Source: Escherichia coli (lineage in GTDB: Bacteria > Pseudomonadota > Gammaproteobacteria > Enterobacterales > Enterobacteriaceae). From it: 64,000 nt of DNA. The notes under the pieces are model-generated. The model was given only the letters and a program-made list of their open reading frames with translations. It was not told where the DNA came from and made no database searches. Position numbers and translations under genes: made by a program. Location: the NCBI RefSeq assembly GCF_044324875.1, contig NZ_CP172185.1, one strand, 5' to 3'. Below are positions 20,477 to 30,679 of this stretch, in pieces. The stretch's first letter is position 1. Each line of letters begins with the position of its first letter.

Positions 20477-21700
20477 ATGGCTAAAAACAAAGGTATCTGT
20501 CGGAATAAAAAATGCAGCAATCCTGTTTCAGAATTTGATGAGGCAAATGCCCTGAGGTTATGTGATGATCATTATCAGTTATGGAAACGAAATAAAGAGA
20601 ACCGTCGGGTCAGGAATATTTGTCGTATAATCAGTAAATATGACAAAAGTCTGGACCGGGAGATATTTGACAGAGTAATAGATGCTGCAAGAAATCAAAC
20701 GGGAAAGAGAATTGTTGAGGACGCAAAAATATTACATCAATTGCGCAATTCAAAGCAAGTAAGAAAAAGTCTTCATAATGGAGTACTCCGGTCACGGGAA
20801 TGGCTCAATACACAGGAGTTACTGAGAAGAAAAAATATATCTGTTACAGGTGACTCATTTAAATCTTACATAAAGGATATTGTCAGATTATATTGCTATA
20901 AGTTTCTCTACAGCAGAGAATATCTTAATGAAAACGCATACAAAAAACAATATCAGAGAGTTATTAACCCCAGAGAATTTAATGTTCCGATACTTCAACT
21001 TGAAGTTGCATGGATCAATAATAATTGCCGTTCAAGTGATTCAAGCTCTGATATTATCATCCTTCCCAGGATGATAAGAAGAATGGTTGTATTTAATGAT
21101 ACGAAGATAAATAAACAATTAGAGGAAATGTTGGGGGGGATAGCACGAAAAAAAGTCGCAGTAAGGAATAAAGGCGGTCTCTATACCAGAATAAAAAAAG
21201 AAAATGATTTTCGTTCTATGGATAGATTTATGGTGGAAATCGAAAATATCATAAGACCTGAAATATTTCCGACATCAATTTACCCGCCTTTTTCACTTTC
21301 ATTTATCGAGAGAGAATTGCCACTACTGAATCTGGCGCACTCACAGTACAAAAGAGCAATAAGTAAAAAAGTGGCGAATTCAATTTTTTATACTTTGCGA
21401 AAAACTCACGTGGCATTATGGCTGCATCTTGAAATGTTTGCTCTTGTGGCATTCATCAAACTGTATACAGGAAAAGGGTTTGAATTCATGAAAAACATGT
21501 GTGTATTTATAGATTATGATAAAGGGATAATAAAATCCACGCATGAAGAACTGCTGAGTGAAATTAAGTGTAACATTCAGTTGAATTTAAAGGTGAATCC
21601 TGATAATTTTCCTGAATTAATAGAAATATACAATTCATGCTTTAGTAAAAATATATTGTTGTATGATGTTCAGGATGATGGTTTTAAATGGTGTTTATGA
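20477..21700 (+). CDS. hypothetical protein (407 aa), AT-rich orphan with N-terminal Cys/His cluster; no family recognised
   Basis: long clean ORF, visibly more AT-rich than flanking prophage genes; N-terminus CRNKKCSNP...LCDDHY; divergent from GTPase gene. Confidence 0.6.
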   Translation: MAKNKGICRNKKCSNPVSEFDEANALRLCDDHYQLWKRNKENRRVRNICRIISKYDKSLDREIFDRVIDAARNQTGKRIVEDAKILHQLRNSKQVRKSLHNGVLRSREWLNTQELLRRKNISVTGDSFKSYIKDIVRLYCYKFLYSREYLNENAYKKQYQRVINPREFNVPILQLEVAWINNNCRSSDSSSDIIILPRMIRRMVVFNDTKINKQLEEMLGGIARKKVAVRNKGGLYTRIKKENDFRSMDRFMVEIENIIRPEIFPTSIYPPFSLSFIERELPLLNLAHSQYKRAISKKVANSIFYTLRKTHVALWLHLEMFALVAFIKLYTGKGFEFMKNMCVFIDYDKGIIKSTHEELLSEIKCNIQLNLKVNPDNFPELIEIYNSCFSKNILLYDVQDDGFKWCL

Positions 21701-22199
21701 TGTGAAAATATTAAATTTATATTACATTTTAATTATCGACAAAAAACACATAAAGAAATCTAAAGGGAATGAGCGTCAAATGAGCTGATATAGCGCCAGT
21801 TTGGTATGGTCATGTGATTTGATGATTAAAGCTTACGGATAATAACACTCCTCTGTGAGCCATATAAATGAGCATGCCATAATCGTCAGTTCAGAGATAA
21901 AACTGACTGAATGATCTTATGTTATAGTAAGCAGTGTTTACCGGATACGATGACTTATCTCTCTCACATCATATGGATTCACTTTCATGGGGTAAAGCGA
22001 TGGGACTACAGACGCTGATTATGATGGTTTGCTGTAAAGTTAGCACAAGTTTTTGCTGTACAGAATACGGAGTAAGAAAAATAATTCCAGAGTAAATCTG
22101 CTCTGCTTTTGAACAGAAAAGATTCATGCTTACCGTGAAAAACTGAAACCAACATTCAGTCTGCATGGATGTCTTAAGATGTTGAGAATGTCGGATATG

Positions 22200-23283
22200 G
22201 TATTATATACACCTTTTCCATTAGGTCCTTTTATGTTTTCATTAAGTCGTTTTGTATGTATTCCTTCAGTGATTCATTAGTGCATGTTTACGCATTTACA
22301 CACTTTTCCCATTAATCTCCTTTAAATGTGTTTCATTACGCATTGCTGTACACATTTTTGAACTGATACACATCCAAGTTAGTAAACCTGTCAGTTCTGA
22401 TTTTACGTTAACTAAATCAGTTTAATGCTGCTGTAAAACAATCTTTCCTGTTTAAGCAATCAATCTGCTATTCGATTTTACTGATGTGACGTTTAACCTT
22501 TCCTGAGCTTTGGTTGTTTGTGGTTTTTGGTTTGTGTTTCGACGTTAAGCTGAGAAAAGTATCTTTACGCTAAATCAACCCGAACTTTCCTGAGGTGATC
22601 TGACGTTCTTTTCGATGTGCTTACGACGATTCTGTTAAACGACTTTCTGGATGTTTTGATAACAATCAGATTGAGGCATTAACGATTCCTGACGTTTTGC
22701 TTTTTCATGTAAGGTCATTGTTTTCGTCATGATGTGGTTTTTCTTCTTGCATTGCGAAAGTGTGATGATTGGTTTTGGTTTTTTGATTCAGATGAGATTT
22801 ACGTTATCGATGGTTAATCGTTTTTATGGTGCGTAGTGAAACGTAACATTTTCGGGATGAGAAAATCGATTCTGATGGTGATGGGGATGATCGTGTTACG
22901 GCGTTATCTGTAAACAGGTTTTAAACGTGTCATTCGCATTCGTGATTGAGTTGTGTGATTAAGCTGTAGGTTTTGGCGTTGTTGTTGATTTGCATTGCCA
23001 GGAAGCGTTCTGGTTGCGTTTCTGGTGTTTTGTTCGAATGTTCTGTGGATCCTTTTCCCTTCAGGCTTTTCTCGTCGTCCATGTCGTTTTTAAATCCATT
23101 CATGCTGTTGTTGCGTGTTTTGCTGCTGTGTGCAGGATTATCTTTTCGTTCCGGGATGGTTTGTTCCGTTTCAATCACTCTTAATCAGAGAGTTGTAGCA
23201 TTGCTTAATGACATGATGCCGTAAAGTTTTACCGCGGTGATTAATGATGTGAAGTCAATCCAAATCAACGGAGATCTCTCATC
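22200..23283 (+). other. ORF-poor, strongly GT-skewed (plus strand) non-coding tract upstream of YagK/YfjJ paralog 1
   Basis: about 1 kb of T- and G-rich sequence with short motifs repeated; only short low-complexity ORFs. Confidence 0.5.
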
Positions 23284-24015
23284 ATGAATCAACCAATACA
23301 CAATGCTTACTGGTTATCCCGTTTTGACAGCCTTCTCGACAGTGCCCTGTCGCAGCACCGTGCCGTCTCGTTAATCCGGGTGGATTTACGTTTCCCTGAG
23401 TATATGCCTGTCACCATCATGGATCCCGATCCGGATTCAGCGGTGATTTCTCGTTTTTTCGAATCCCTGAAAGCCAAAATCCAGGCTTACCAGCGGAAAA
23501 AACGACGTGCCAACAAGCGTGTGCGTGCAACCACTCTGCGTTATTTCTGGTGTCGGGAGTTTGGCAAGGAAAAAGGCAGGAAACATTATCACGTGATATT
23601 GCTGCTCAACAAAGATACCTGGTGCTCGCCAGGGGATTTCAGCGAACCATCTTCGCTGGCGACGATGATCCTGGAGGCATGGTGCAGCGCCCTGCATCTT
23701 GAGGCCTGGCAAGGCGATGGCCTGGTCCATTTTTCCAGGTGGACGCCTTCCCGTAAACCAGCATCGTCTGATGCTCGCCCTTCTTCCGATGACACGCCTT
23801 TGTCGGGTGGATGTTCTGATACCAGGAAGGCTTCAGAAAAAAAGCCGGGTGAAGCCGCTGTTCTCTGGATCAAGCGTGGTGATGTGGAAGCGCTGCAGAA
23901 AGCCCGGAACAGAGCCAGTTATCTCGTGAAATATGAGACGAAGCAGCATGACGGTTCCGGGCAACGTAATTATGGTTGCAGTCGTGGGCCGGGGCGTCTG
24001 CTGGATGGCAGGTGA
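23284..24015 (+). CDS. YagK/YfjJ-family (Inovirus Gp2-like) protein, paralog 1
   Basis: 243-aa ORF; shares blocks with paralogs 2 and 3 (HYHVILLL / EYHVVLCV; MILEAWCSAL / LILDAWSNVL). Confidence 0.7.
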   Translation: MNQPIHNAYWLSRFDSLLDSALSQHRAVSLIRVDLRFPEYMPVTIMDPDPDSAVISRFFESLKAKIQAYQRKKRRANKRVRATTLRYFWCREFGKEKGRKHYHVILLLNKDTWCSPGDFSEPSSLATMILEAWCSALHLEAWQGDGLVHFSRWTPSRKPASSDARPSSDDTPLSGGCSDTRKASEKKPGEAAVLWIKRGDVEALQKARNRASYLVKYETKQHDGSGQRNYGCSRGPGRLLDGR

Positions 24016-24341
24016 GCCCTGTAAAACGACATCCGGTGCCTGAGCTTATGCTACAGGACGTTGGCTGACGCCCTTAGCTCGTTTTCTGAAAAAGTCGTCC
24101 TGAAGTCATGCAACGGTATTTTTCTCTGCTTTCGCTCCTGGAAACACTCCGTCGGTAAAACCTTACTGTCCTGCTTAATGATGTGAACCGAAGTCAACGG
24201 AGATCATTCATTCTGAACCTGCATCCGGTGTTCTGTCCCTTGTCGGTTACCTGATCTTCCCGTTCTGCCGCGGTTTTTCACTTATTCCATCAACCCCATA
24301 CGCAAGCCATAACACGTCAGCGCATCCACGGGCAGGACGCG

Positions 24342-24944
24342 TTGTGGGCTGCGTATAACGGAACATATCTTATGAATGCTATCCCTTATTTCGACTATAG
24401 CATGGCGCCCTTCTGGCCATCTTATCAGAACAAAATCATCGGCGTTCTCAACCGTGTGTTGCGCGAGCAGTCCGGCTCCAGGATACGGCGGATCCTGCTT
24501 CGTCTGCCGGGGGAACATGGCAACATCTTCAGCGACAGAAAAACCTGGTTCGGTATGGCCTTTATCGAAACCGTCAGTGCGCTGATGAATGCAACCCCCG
24601 GACGCGACCTCTGCTGGCTCCTGACCCGTCATCCTGAAAAACCGGAATACCACGTGGTGCTGTGCGTCAGACAGGAATATTTCGACGGCCCTGAGCTGGA
24701 CCGGTTGATTCTGGATGCCTGGAGCAACGTACTGGGCTTCGCGTCACCGGGTGAAGCAGCACCGTACCAGAAACAGATAACCCGGGATGTGGTGCTGGAC
24801 AGTTGTTCACCGGACTGCGAAGAGAGACTCAAAGAGCTGATATGGGCGTTCAGTGATTTCGCCCGCGATCGTCGTGGTGTGCGCGATCCGGAAGCCCGTT
24901 ACCTCGCCGGTAATCCCTGGTATCCCGTAGCAGGCCAGCTCTGA
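24342..24944 (+). CDS. YagK/YfjJ-family protein, paralog 2
   Basis: 200-aa ORF paralogous to 23284..24015; shares the upstream motif TTAATGATGTGAA...TCAACGGAGATC. Confidence 0.7.
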   Translation: MWAAYNGTYLMNAIPYFDYSMAPFWPSYQNKIIGVLNRVLREQSGSRIRRILLRLPGEHGNIFSDRKTWFGMAFIETVSALMNATPGRDLCWLLTRHPEKPEYHVVLCVRQEYFDGPELDRLILDAWSNVLGFASPGEAAPYQKQITRDVVLDSCSPDCEERLKELIWAFSDFARDRRGVRDPEARYLAGNPWYPVAGQL

Positions 24945-25012
24945 AAGCTCAGCTCAGCAGATTCACCCGCATTTGCCCAACATTCATAAATCTCACAGAG
25001 GACATTCTGACC

Positions 25013-25249
25013 ATGTTGACCTCAATGACAGGTCACGACAGCGTATTGCTGCGTGCCGACGATCCCCTGATCGACATGAACTACATCACCAGCTTCACTG
25101 GTATGACCGACAAATGGTTTTACAAGCTGATCAGTGAAGGCCATTTCCCTAAACCCATCAAACTGGGGCGCAGCAGCCGCTGGTACAAAAGTGAAGTGGA
25201 GCAGTGGATGCAGCAGCGAATTGAGGAATCACGAGGAGCAGCAGCATGA
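25013..25249 (+). CDS. alpA: AlpA-family prophage regulatory/excisionase-like protein
   Basis: ...MTDKWFYKLISEGHFPKPIKLGRSSRWYKSEVEQWMQQ matches the AlpA HTH pattern; true start may be an internal Met. Confidence 0.8.
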   Translation: MLTSMTGHDSVLLRADDPLIDMNYITSFTGMTDKWFYKLISEGHFPKPIKLGRSSRWYKSEVEQWMQQRIEESRGAAA

Positions 25250-25478
25250 AACGTGTTGTAATGCCAGTACGCTGGCAATGTGCGAAATGCCGGCGCTGGT
25301 ATTGTGGAAATCAGCCCTGTCCCTGGTGCTGGCGCTGACAACTCCCGCTCATCTTTCTGCTGGCACCCTCTGGCCAGCCAACTGTTTGTCATCATTTCCT
25401 GACTGATTCGTCATTCCCTTCGTCCCGCCAGTCACTGGTGTTTGTATCGTACCGTGCCGGTGTCGATGTGCGCTTTCC

Positions 25479-26075
25479 GTGTGTCTGGTCTGCACCGGCT
25501 TAACAAAATTCAACGGGGATAAAATAGTGCAAATAACCGAAGCCTTACTTTCAGCGCCGGGGGAAATCCGGCGTTTTGTTCAGCAGGCGGTGGACCACTG
25601 GCCAAATCTGTTGGCATTTCACTTCACGCTCCATTCGGCAGAAGGAAACATCAACGGACAACAGATTCATGCATTCTGTACTTCCTTTTACCGACAGGTG
25701 CACGAGCGTATTACTGAACGTAATCACACGGCCAGTCCAGCACCACCGGTGGTATTACGCTGGTTGCGGGAACAACATGGAGGAGCAACAATGCGATGCC
25801 TGTTGCTGCTCAGCCAGACGAGCATTTGCCATCCACGGGTCAGTGCCACGGTTGATGAAGAATGTTCGCAACGGGTGGATTTATTGCAACAGACATGGCG
25901 GGTGATAAGTGCTGACGGACAATGCCGGGTGGAAAGGTGTTTTCAGGCTGCCCGGGGTGATACATCCGGCCAGTATATTGCGTTAAAAACAGTTGCATTG
26001 TCTCTGGGGTTACCGGTTGTGACCGGTATTACCCATCGCCCGGTACAGCGCTGTACATTGATTACAGCTCAGTGA
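25479..26075 (+). CDS. probable third YagK/YfjJ-like paralog (divergent)
   Basis: 198-aa ORF with weak shared blocks (ATMRCLLLLSQ, LLQQTWRVI); start uncertain. Confidence 0.45.
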   Translation: MCLVCTGLTKFNGDKIVQITEALLSAPGEIRRFVQQAVDHWPNLLAFHFTLHSAEGNINGQQIHAFCTSFYRQVHERITERNHTASPAPPVVLRWLREQHGGATMRCLLLLSQTSICHPRVSATVDEECSQRVDLLQQTWRVISADGQCRVERCFQAARGDTSGQYIALKTVALSLGLPVVTGITHRPVQRCTLITAQ

Positions 26076-26092
26076 ACAGCGCTGTTGTGCAG

Positions 26093-26395
26093 TCAACGAG
26101 GTTTTCTGTCTTTTCGTCGGTCATTCAGCATCATTAAACGGGTCTCTGCCTCTTTCTGTTCCTGTGGTGTCACTTCCCCGCACGGCTGACCGTTCAGGTT
26201 GTAACGGGCGCCACCTGCTATTAACGCACGGTAATAGCACGGAGACTGCACATAAGACGCCACTGCTGCATGTAATGTACCAGCGCCAAACGCCAGTTCT
26301 CGGATGGCGATATCCTGTATCAGGTCGTCAGGTATCCCCACTTTAAGTGGTTTTGTTTTTTTCCCGGTTGAATGACTCAGGCCAGAGTTCCACAA
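26093..26395 (-). CDS. hypothetical protein (100 aa), possibly a fragment
   Basis: ORF only; adjacent minus-strand ORF 26410..26604 may be its frameshifted upstream part. Confidence 0.3.
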   Translation of the reverse strand: MWNSGLSHSTGKKTKPLKVGIPDDLIQDIAIRELAFGAGTLHAAVASYVQSPCYYRALIAGGARYNLNGQPCGEVTPQEQKEAETRLMMLNDRRKDRKPR

Positions 26396-27196
26396 GACGA
26401 ATAATGCGCTTACGGTTTTTGCTCTGGCGTTTTGTCATGTCGCCACGGTGTTTTATCAGCAGGTTTCTGTTTATCGTTCAACTGTGGTATCTGGTCACCG
26501 GCCTTCATTTTGTATGCTGTGTCCGTTTTATCCTGCAGCGGCGTTGCCGGTGATTTACTGAAAATACCCTGCGGTTTACGGTTAATGGTCAGAGTTACCA
26601 TCAATTTTGTTACCTCGCGCTGTCAATGGAAGTAGTACCTCATCCGATATCTGAAAATGTTTTCCGGTGGATGTTACAGCGAATTTCATGTAAGACATGT
26701 TGTTGTCGGTATTGTTCAGTACTGTGCGTTGTGAGCGTATTCGTTATCAGACAGAGGGGCAGGGAACAAACGTCAGAGGTTAAGGATATCCGGGAACAAA
26801 TGGCGTAAACGGACATCTCAGTGCCTGAGAAACAGTACAGGTCAGGCCATCATGGCCTGCAAACAGAGCCCTGGCGACCCCGTGGCCGAAAACGAAACAA
26901 TAACCCGCGCGCAGTGCGAGGAATCCGGATGTGAAGCAATCAGCAGGTAATATTAATGGCAGGACCAGCAGGTTCTTTAAACAAACGAACATGCTGTAAT
27001 TGATATTTTGCTTATTGTATTTTCTTTTTAGTTATTAAATTAATTTATTTACGAAAAATTTTCTGCAGATACAGGATGGGAATTCAGGGTGTCATCACGC
27101 CTTATGATGACACCCTTCCCCTGGTTGTGGAAAACCGAAGGATATATCAGGTTCAGCAACAAAATCAGTGAGCTGAAAGATACCAGTCCCCCAGCT

Positions 27197-28216
27197 TCAG
27201 CAGCTTTCACGTAAACATAAACAGGGCTCAATGAATATCTGATTGCTCCAGTTACCTTCTTTAATTCGTTCCAGCAAAACATTTCCTGCTTCCAGACCAA
27301 TTTTCCTGTGAGGAACGGCCATTGTTGTTAATGATGGTTGGCAAACTTTGCTGACGTCACTGTCACCAAATCCTACTACGGCGAGCTCGTCTGGAACTTT
27401 GATCCGTCTTCGTTGACATTCATAGAGAACACCGCAGGCTAACTCATCTGACACACATACCAGGGCATCCAGTTCCGGCCATGCGAGCAAAAATTCCGGT
27501 AGTTGTGATGCTCCGGTGGAAAAAACAGGTGGCAGAGCAGCGTTAATAACACGGTTGGGAGACATATGATGGCGTAACATAGCTTTATACCATCCCTGTA
27601 AATGCTGCTGAAAGATCCACTGTTCCTGGTTAGCGCATAGCAAACCGATATTCTGATAACCACGTTGTACCAGCATATCCGTCAGCTCGAACATTGCTGC
27701 AACATTATCAATACCAATGTTGATATCTATCGGATCAGTACGAATGGCACCGATTTCTATAACAGGAATCGAGGCATTTTTGAGCAAGTGACGCACGGTA
27801 CTATTATGCTCAACACTAAGCAAAATTGCTGCAGCGATATTAGAAGCCAGCAGGGTTTCCAGCAGTTTTTCTTCTTGTTCCAGACGATGGCGTGACTCAG
27901 CCAGGATTATTTGATACCCCGCTGGTTGTAGCACATGTTGCAGCCCGGCAAACATTTCCGTGCATCCCGCTTCAGCCAGGTTTGGCACGACCATTGCGAT
28001 CGTGTGTGAAGATGCCGATGCCAGTGCGCTTGCAGTGAGGTTGGGCATATACCCTAATTCATTAACTGCGGCTTCAATCTTCTCCCTCAATTTATCTGAA
28101 ACTTGTTCGGGAGTGCGTAACGCTCTGGATACAGTCATTGTGCCAACTCCCGCGAGTTGCGCGACATCAGCAATAGTGACTTTACCTGTACTACGACGTT
28201 TTCGGGTTATTGCCAT
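27197..28216 (-). CDS. LacI-family transcriptional regulator
   Basis: 339-aa ORF with N-terminal HTH VTIADVAQLAGVGTMTVSRAL and periplasmic-binding-like effector domain; divergent from PTS operon. Confidence 0.9.
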   Translation of the reverse strand: MAITRKRRSTGKVTIADVAQLAGVGTMTVSRALRTPEQVSDKLREKIEAAVNELGYMPNLTASALASASSHTIAMVVPNLAEAGCTEMFAGLQHVLQPAGYQIILAESRHRLEQEEKLLETLLASNIAAAILLSVEHNSTVRHLLKNASIPVIEIGAIRTDPIDINIGIDNVAAMFELTDMLVQRGYQNIGLLCANQEQWIFQQHLQGWYKAMLRHHMSPNRVINAALPPVFSTGASQLPEFLLAWPELDALVCVSDELACGVLYECQRRRIKVPDELAVVGFGDSDVSKVCQPSLTTMAVPHRKIGLEAGNVLLERIKEGNWSNQIFIEPCLCLRESC

Positions 28217-28348
28217 ACAAAATCCTGCTCAGCGACTACATATGGAGATCTTTTATTACTTATCATCAACGGCTTCCTGCACTGCCAGTAGCAGAGTATA
28301 CCTCTTAATATCTGCCATAAGTCTGGATTTAATCAGTGAAATCTATTT

Positions 28349-28362
28349 TGATAGCGCTATCA
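28349..28362. promoter_or_regulatory. candidate LacI-family operator O1 (perfect palindrome TGATAGCGCTATCA)
   Basis: 14-bp perfect palindrome with central CG in the divergent intergenic region. Confidence 0.6.
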
Positions 28363-28382
28363 CAAATTCGAACAATACCTCC

Positions 28383-28396
28383 TGATAGCGCTATCT
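28383..28396. promoter_or_regulatory. candidate LacI-family operator O2 (TGATAGCGCTATCT, 13/14)
   Basis: near-identical second copy 34 bp downstream of O1. Confidence 0.55.
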
Positions 28397-28467
28397 TTGT
28401 GATATTGATCGCAGATATACCGTCGTTACTTGAATACATTCTGGTCATATAAATAAGAAATTAGGGG

Positions 28468-28917
28468 GTGGGAGTGCTTAATATCTGGCTTTCTGATTCA
28501 ACAATCGCATTACGAAAGAATGCCGCAACCTGGCAGCAGGCATTAGATATCTGTGCCAGACCGTTACTGGATGCAGAGATAATTACGACGGATTATCTCA
28601 GTGCGATAAAGACACAACATGAAAAACTGGGGCCTTATTATGTCCTGGCACCCGGGCTGGCCATGCCGCATGCCCGACCAGAAGAAGGGGCAAAAGGATT
28701 AGGTTTATCATTATTAAAACTTGAAGAAGGTGTCAGTTTTCATACAGAGGAATTTGATCCTGTAGATGTTATCATTTTACTTGCCGCACCAGACAAACAC
28801 AGTCATATCGAAATGATATCTGCACTGGCTGAGTTATTCTCCAGCGAAAAAGATTTACATGAATTGCATCAGGCTCGCAATGTGGAGGAAATAAAAAAGA
28901 TAATTTCACGGTTCTGA
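28468..28917 (+). CDS. PTS EIIA component, ascorbate (UlaC/SgaA)-type
   Basis: 149-aa ORF with conserved YYVLAPGLAMPHARPEEG phosphorylation-site region; GTG start. Confidence 0.8.
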   Translation: MGVLNIWLSDSTIALRKNAATWQQALDICARPLLDAEIITTDYLSAIKTQHEKLGPYYVLAPGLAMPHARPEEGAKGLGLSLLKLEEGVSFHTEEFDPVDVIILLAAPDKHSHIEMISALAELFSSEKDLHELHQARNVEEIKKIISRF

Positions 28918-28995
28918 TTACATTATAAATTCAGTCTTTTCACAACATTGCGCCGTTGCGTGATGGGACTTCTTCAACTTAAAATGGTGAATATA

Positions 28996-29268
28996 ATGAA
29001 AATTATGGCTATTTGTGGCTCAGGGCTTGGTAGTAGTTTTATGGTCGAAATGAATATTAAAAAAGTTCTGAAAAAAATGGATATAGAGGCGGAAGTGGAA
29101 CATTCCGATCTCTCATCAGCAACGCCAGGGGCTGCCGATTTATTTGTGATGGCCAAAGATATTGCTGCCAGTGCCAGCGTACCGGAAAGTCAGTTGGTGG
29201 TTATCAACAACATCATTGATATTAATGAACTCGAAACGCAACTGCGTAACTGGTTAGCAAAACAATAA
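28996..29268 (+). CDS. PTS EIIB component, ascorbate (UlaB/SgaB)-type
   Basis: MKIMAICGSGLGSS active-site Cys motif; start placed at the internal ATG rather than the ORF-track start 28948. Confidence 0.8.
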   Translation: MKIMAICGSGLGSSFMVEMNIKKVLKKMDIEAEVEHSDLSSATPGAADLFVMAKDIAASASVPESQLVVINNIIDINELETQLRNWLAKQ

Positions 29269-29284
29269 CCTTAATTGAAGCGAG

Positions 29285-30679
29285 GTGGATATGTTTATCC
29301 TTGAAACGCTGAATTTTGTTGTTGATATACTTAAAGTGCCCGCGATACTGGTCGGCTTGATTGCCTTAATTGGTCTGGTTGCCCAGAAAAAATCTTTTTC
29401 AGATGTTGTTAAAGGTACAATTAAAACTATTCTCGGCTTTATTGTACTGGGCGGTGGTGCCACTGTTTTGGTTGGTTCGTTAAATCCTCTTGGGAGTATG
29501 TTTGAACATGCCTTTAATATTCAGGGCATCATTCCGAATAATGAGGCTATTGTTTCTATTGCGCTGGAAAAATATGGCGCATCGACGGCCCTTATTATGG
29601 CATTTGGTATGGTGGCGAATATTATTGTTGCCCGCTTTACCCGCCTTAAATATATCTTCCTGACCGGACACCACACATTTTACATGGCCTGCATGATTGG
29701 TGTGATTCTGACAGTGGCTGGTTTTGAAGGTATATCACTGGTCTTTACCGGTTCTCTTATTCTGGGACTTGTGATGGCATTTTTCCCGGCATTAGCACAA
29801 CGCTATATGAAGCGTATTACGGGGAATGATGACATTGCTTTTGGTCACTTTGGCACTCTGGGATATGTACTTTCTGGCTGGATTGGCAGCGTGTGCGGTA
29901 AAGGTTCCCGCTCCACCGAAGAGATGAATTTGCCCAAAAATCTGAGCTTCCTGCGCGACAGTTCCATCTCTATTTCTCTTACGATGATGGTGATTTATCT
30001 GATCATGGCGATCAGTGCTGGTCGTGAGTTCGTTGAAAGCCAGTTCAGTGGTGGTCAAAACTACCTTGTCTACGCCATCATAATGGCCATCACCTTCGCT
30101 GCTGGTGTATTTATTATTCTGCAAGGCGTGCGTTTAATCCTTGCTGAAATAGTTCCGGCATTTACCGGGTTTTCAGAAAAGCTGGTGCCGAATGCCCGTC
30201 CGGCCCTCGATTGCCCGGTTGTGTATCCGTATGCGCCAAACGCAGTGTTAGTTGGTTTCTTGTTTAGCTTTTTTGGCGGTCTGGTAGGGCTATTTTTGTT
30301 GGGACAGATGAAACTGGTGTTGATTCTTCCGGGTGTCGTTCCTCACTTTTTTACCGGGGCGGCTGCTGGCGTATTTGGTAACGCTACGGGGGGACGTCGT
30401 GGCGCAATGATTGGTGCTTTTGCGAATGGCTTATTGATTACCTTCCTGCCAGTACTGTTATTGCCGGTTCTTGGGGCGATAGGCTTTGCTAATACGACCT
30501 TTTCCGATGCAGATTTTGGTGCTGTCGGCATCGTCCTCGGAAACCTGGCACGTTATCTCTCACCTTTTGCCATCACCGGACTTGTAGTAGCGCTATTTGT
30601 GCTGCTGGTTGCCTGGAACATTTTCGCCAGTAACAAAATCGCTGCCAAAGCGCAGAAGAAGAGCGGAGCCAAATCATGA
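29285..30679 (+). CDS. PTS EIIC permease, ascorbate (UlaA/SgaT)-type
   Basis: 464-aa polytopic membrane ORF resembling the UlaA family. Confidence 0.85.
   Translation: MDMFILETLNFVVDILKVPAILVGLIALIGLVAQKKSFSDVVKGTIKTILGFIVLGGGATVLVGSLNPLGSMFEHAFNIQGIIPNNEAIVSIALEKYGASTALIMAFGMVANIIVARFTRLKYIFLTGHHTFYMACMIGVILTVAGFEGISLVFTGSLILGLVMAFFPALAQRYMKRITGNDDIAFGHFGTLGYVLSGWIGSVCGKGSRSTEEMNLPKNLSFLRDSSISISLTMMVIYLIMAISAGREFVESQFSGGQNYLVYAIIMAITFAAGVFIILQGVRLILAEIVPAFTGFSEKLVPNARPALDCPVVYPYAPNAVLVGFLFSFFGGLVGLFLLGQMKLVLILPGVVPHFFTGAAAGVFGNATGGRRGAMIGAFANGLLITFLPVLLLPVLGAIGFANTTFSDADFGAVGIVLGNLARYLSPFAITGLVVALFVLLVAWNIFASNKIAAKAQKKSGAKS

Noticed and set aside
22930-23224. Short ORFs (64-83 aa) inside the GT-skewed tract
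   Set aside because: Low-complexity translations on both strands driven by base composition; no start context or motifs; region treated as non-coding.
26093-27196. Integrase or tRNA at the AlpA end of the prophage-like module
   Set aside because: No tyrosine-recombinase motifs and no tRNA-like sequence found; the 100-aa and 64-aa minus-strand ORFs do not resemble integrase fragments.
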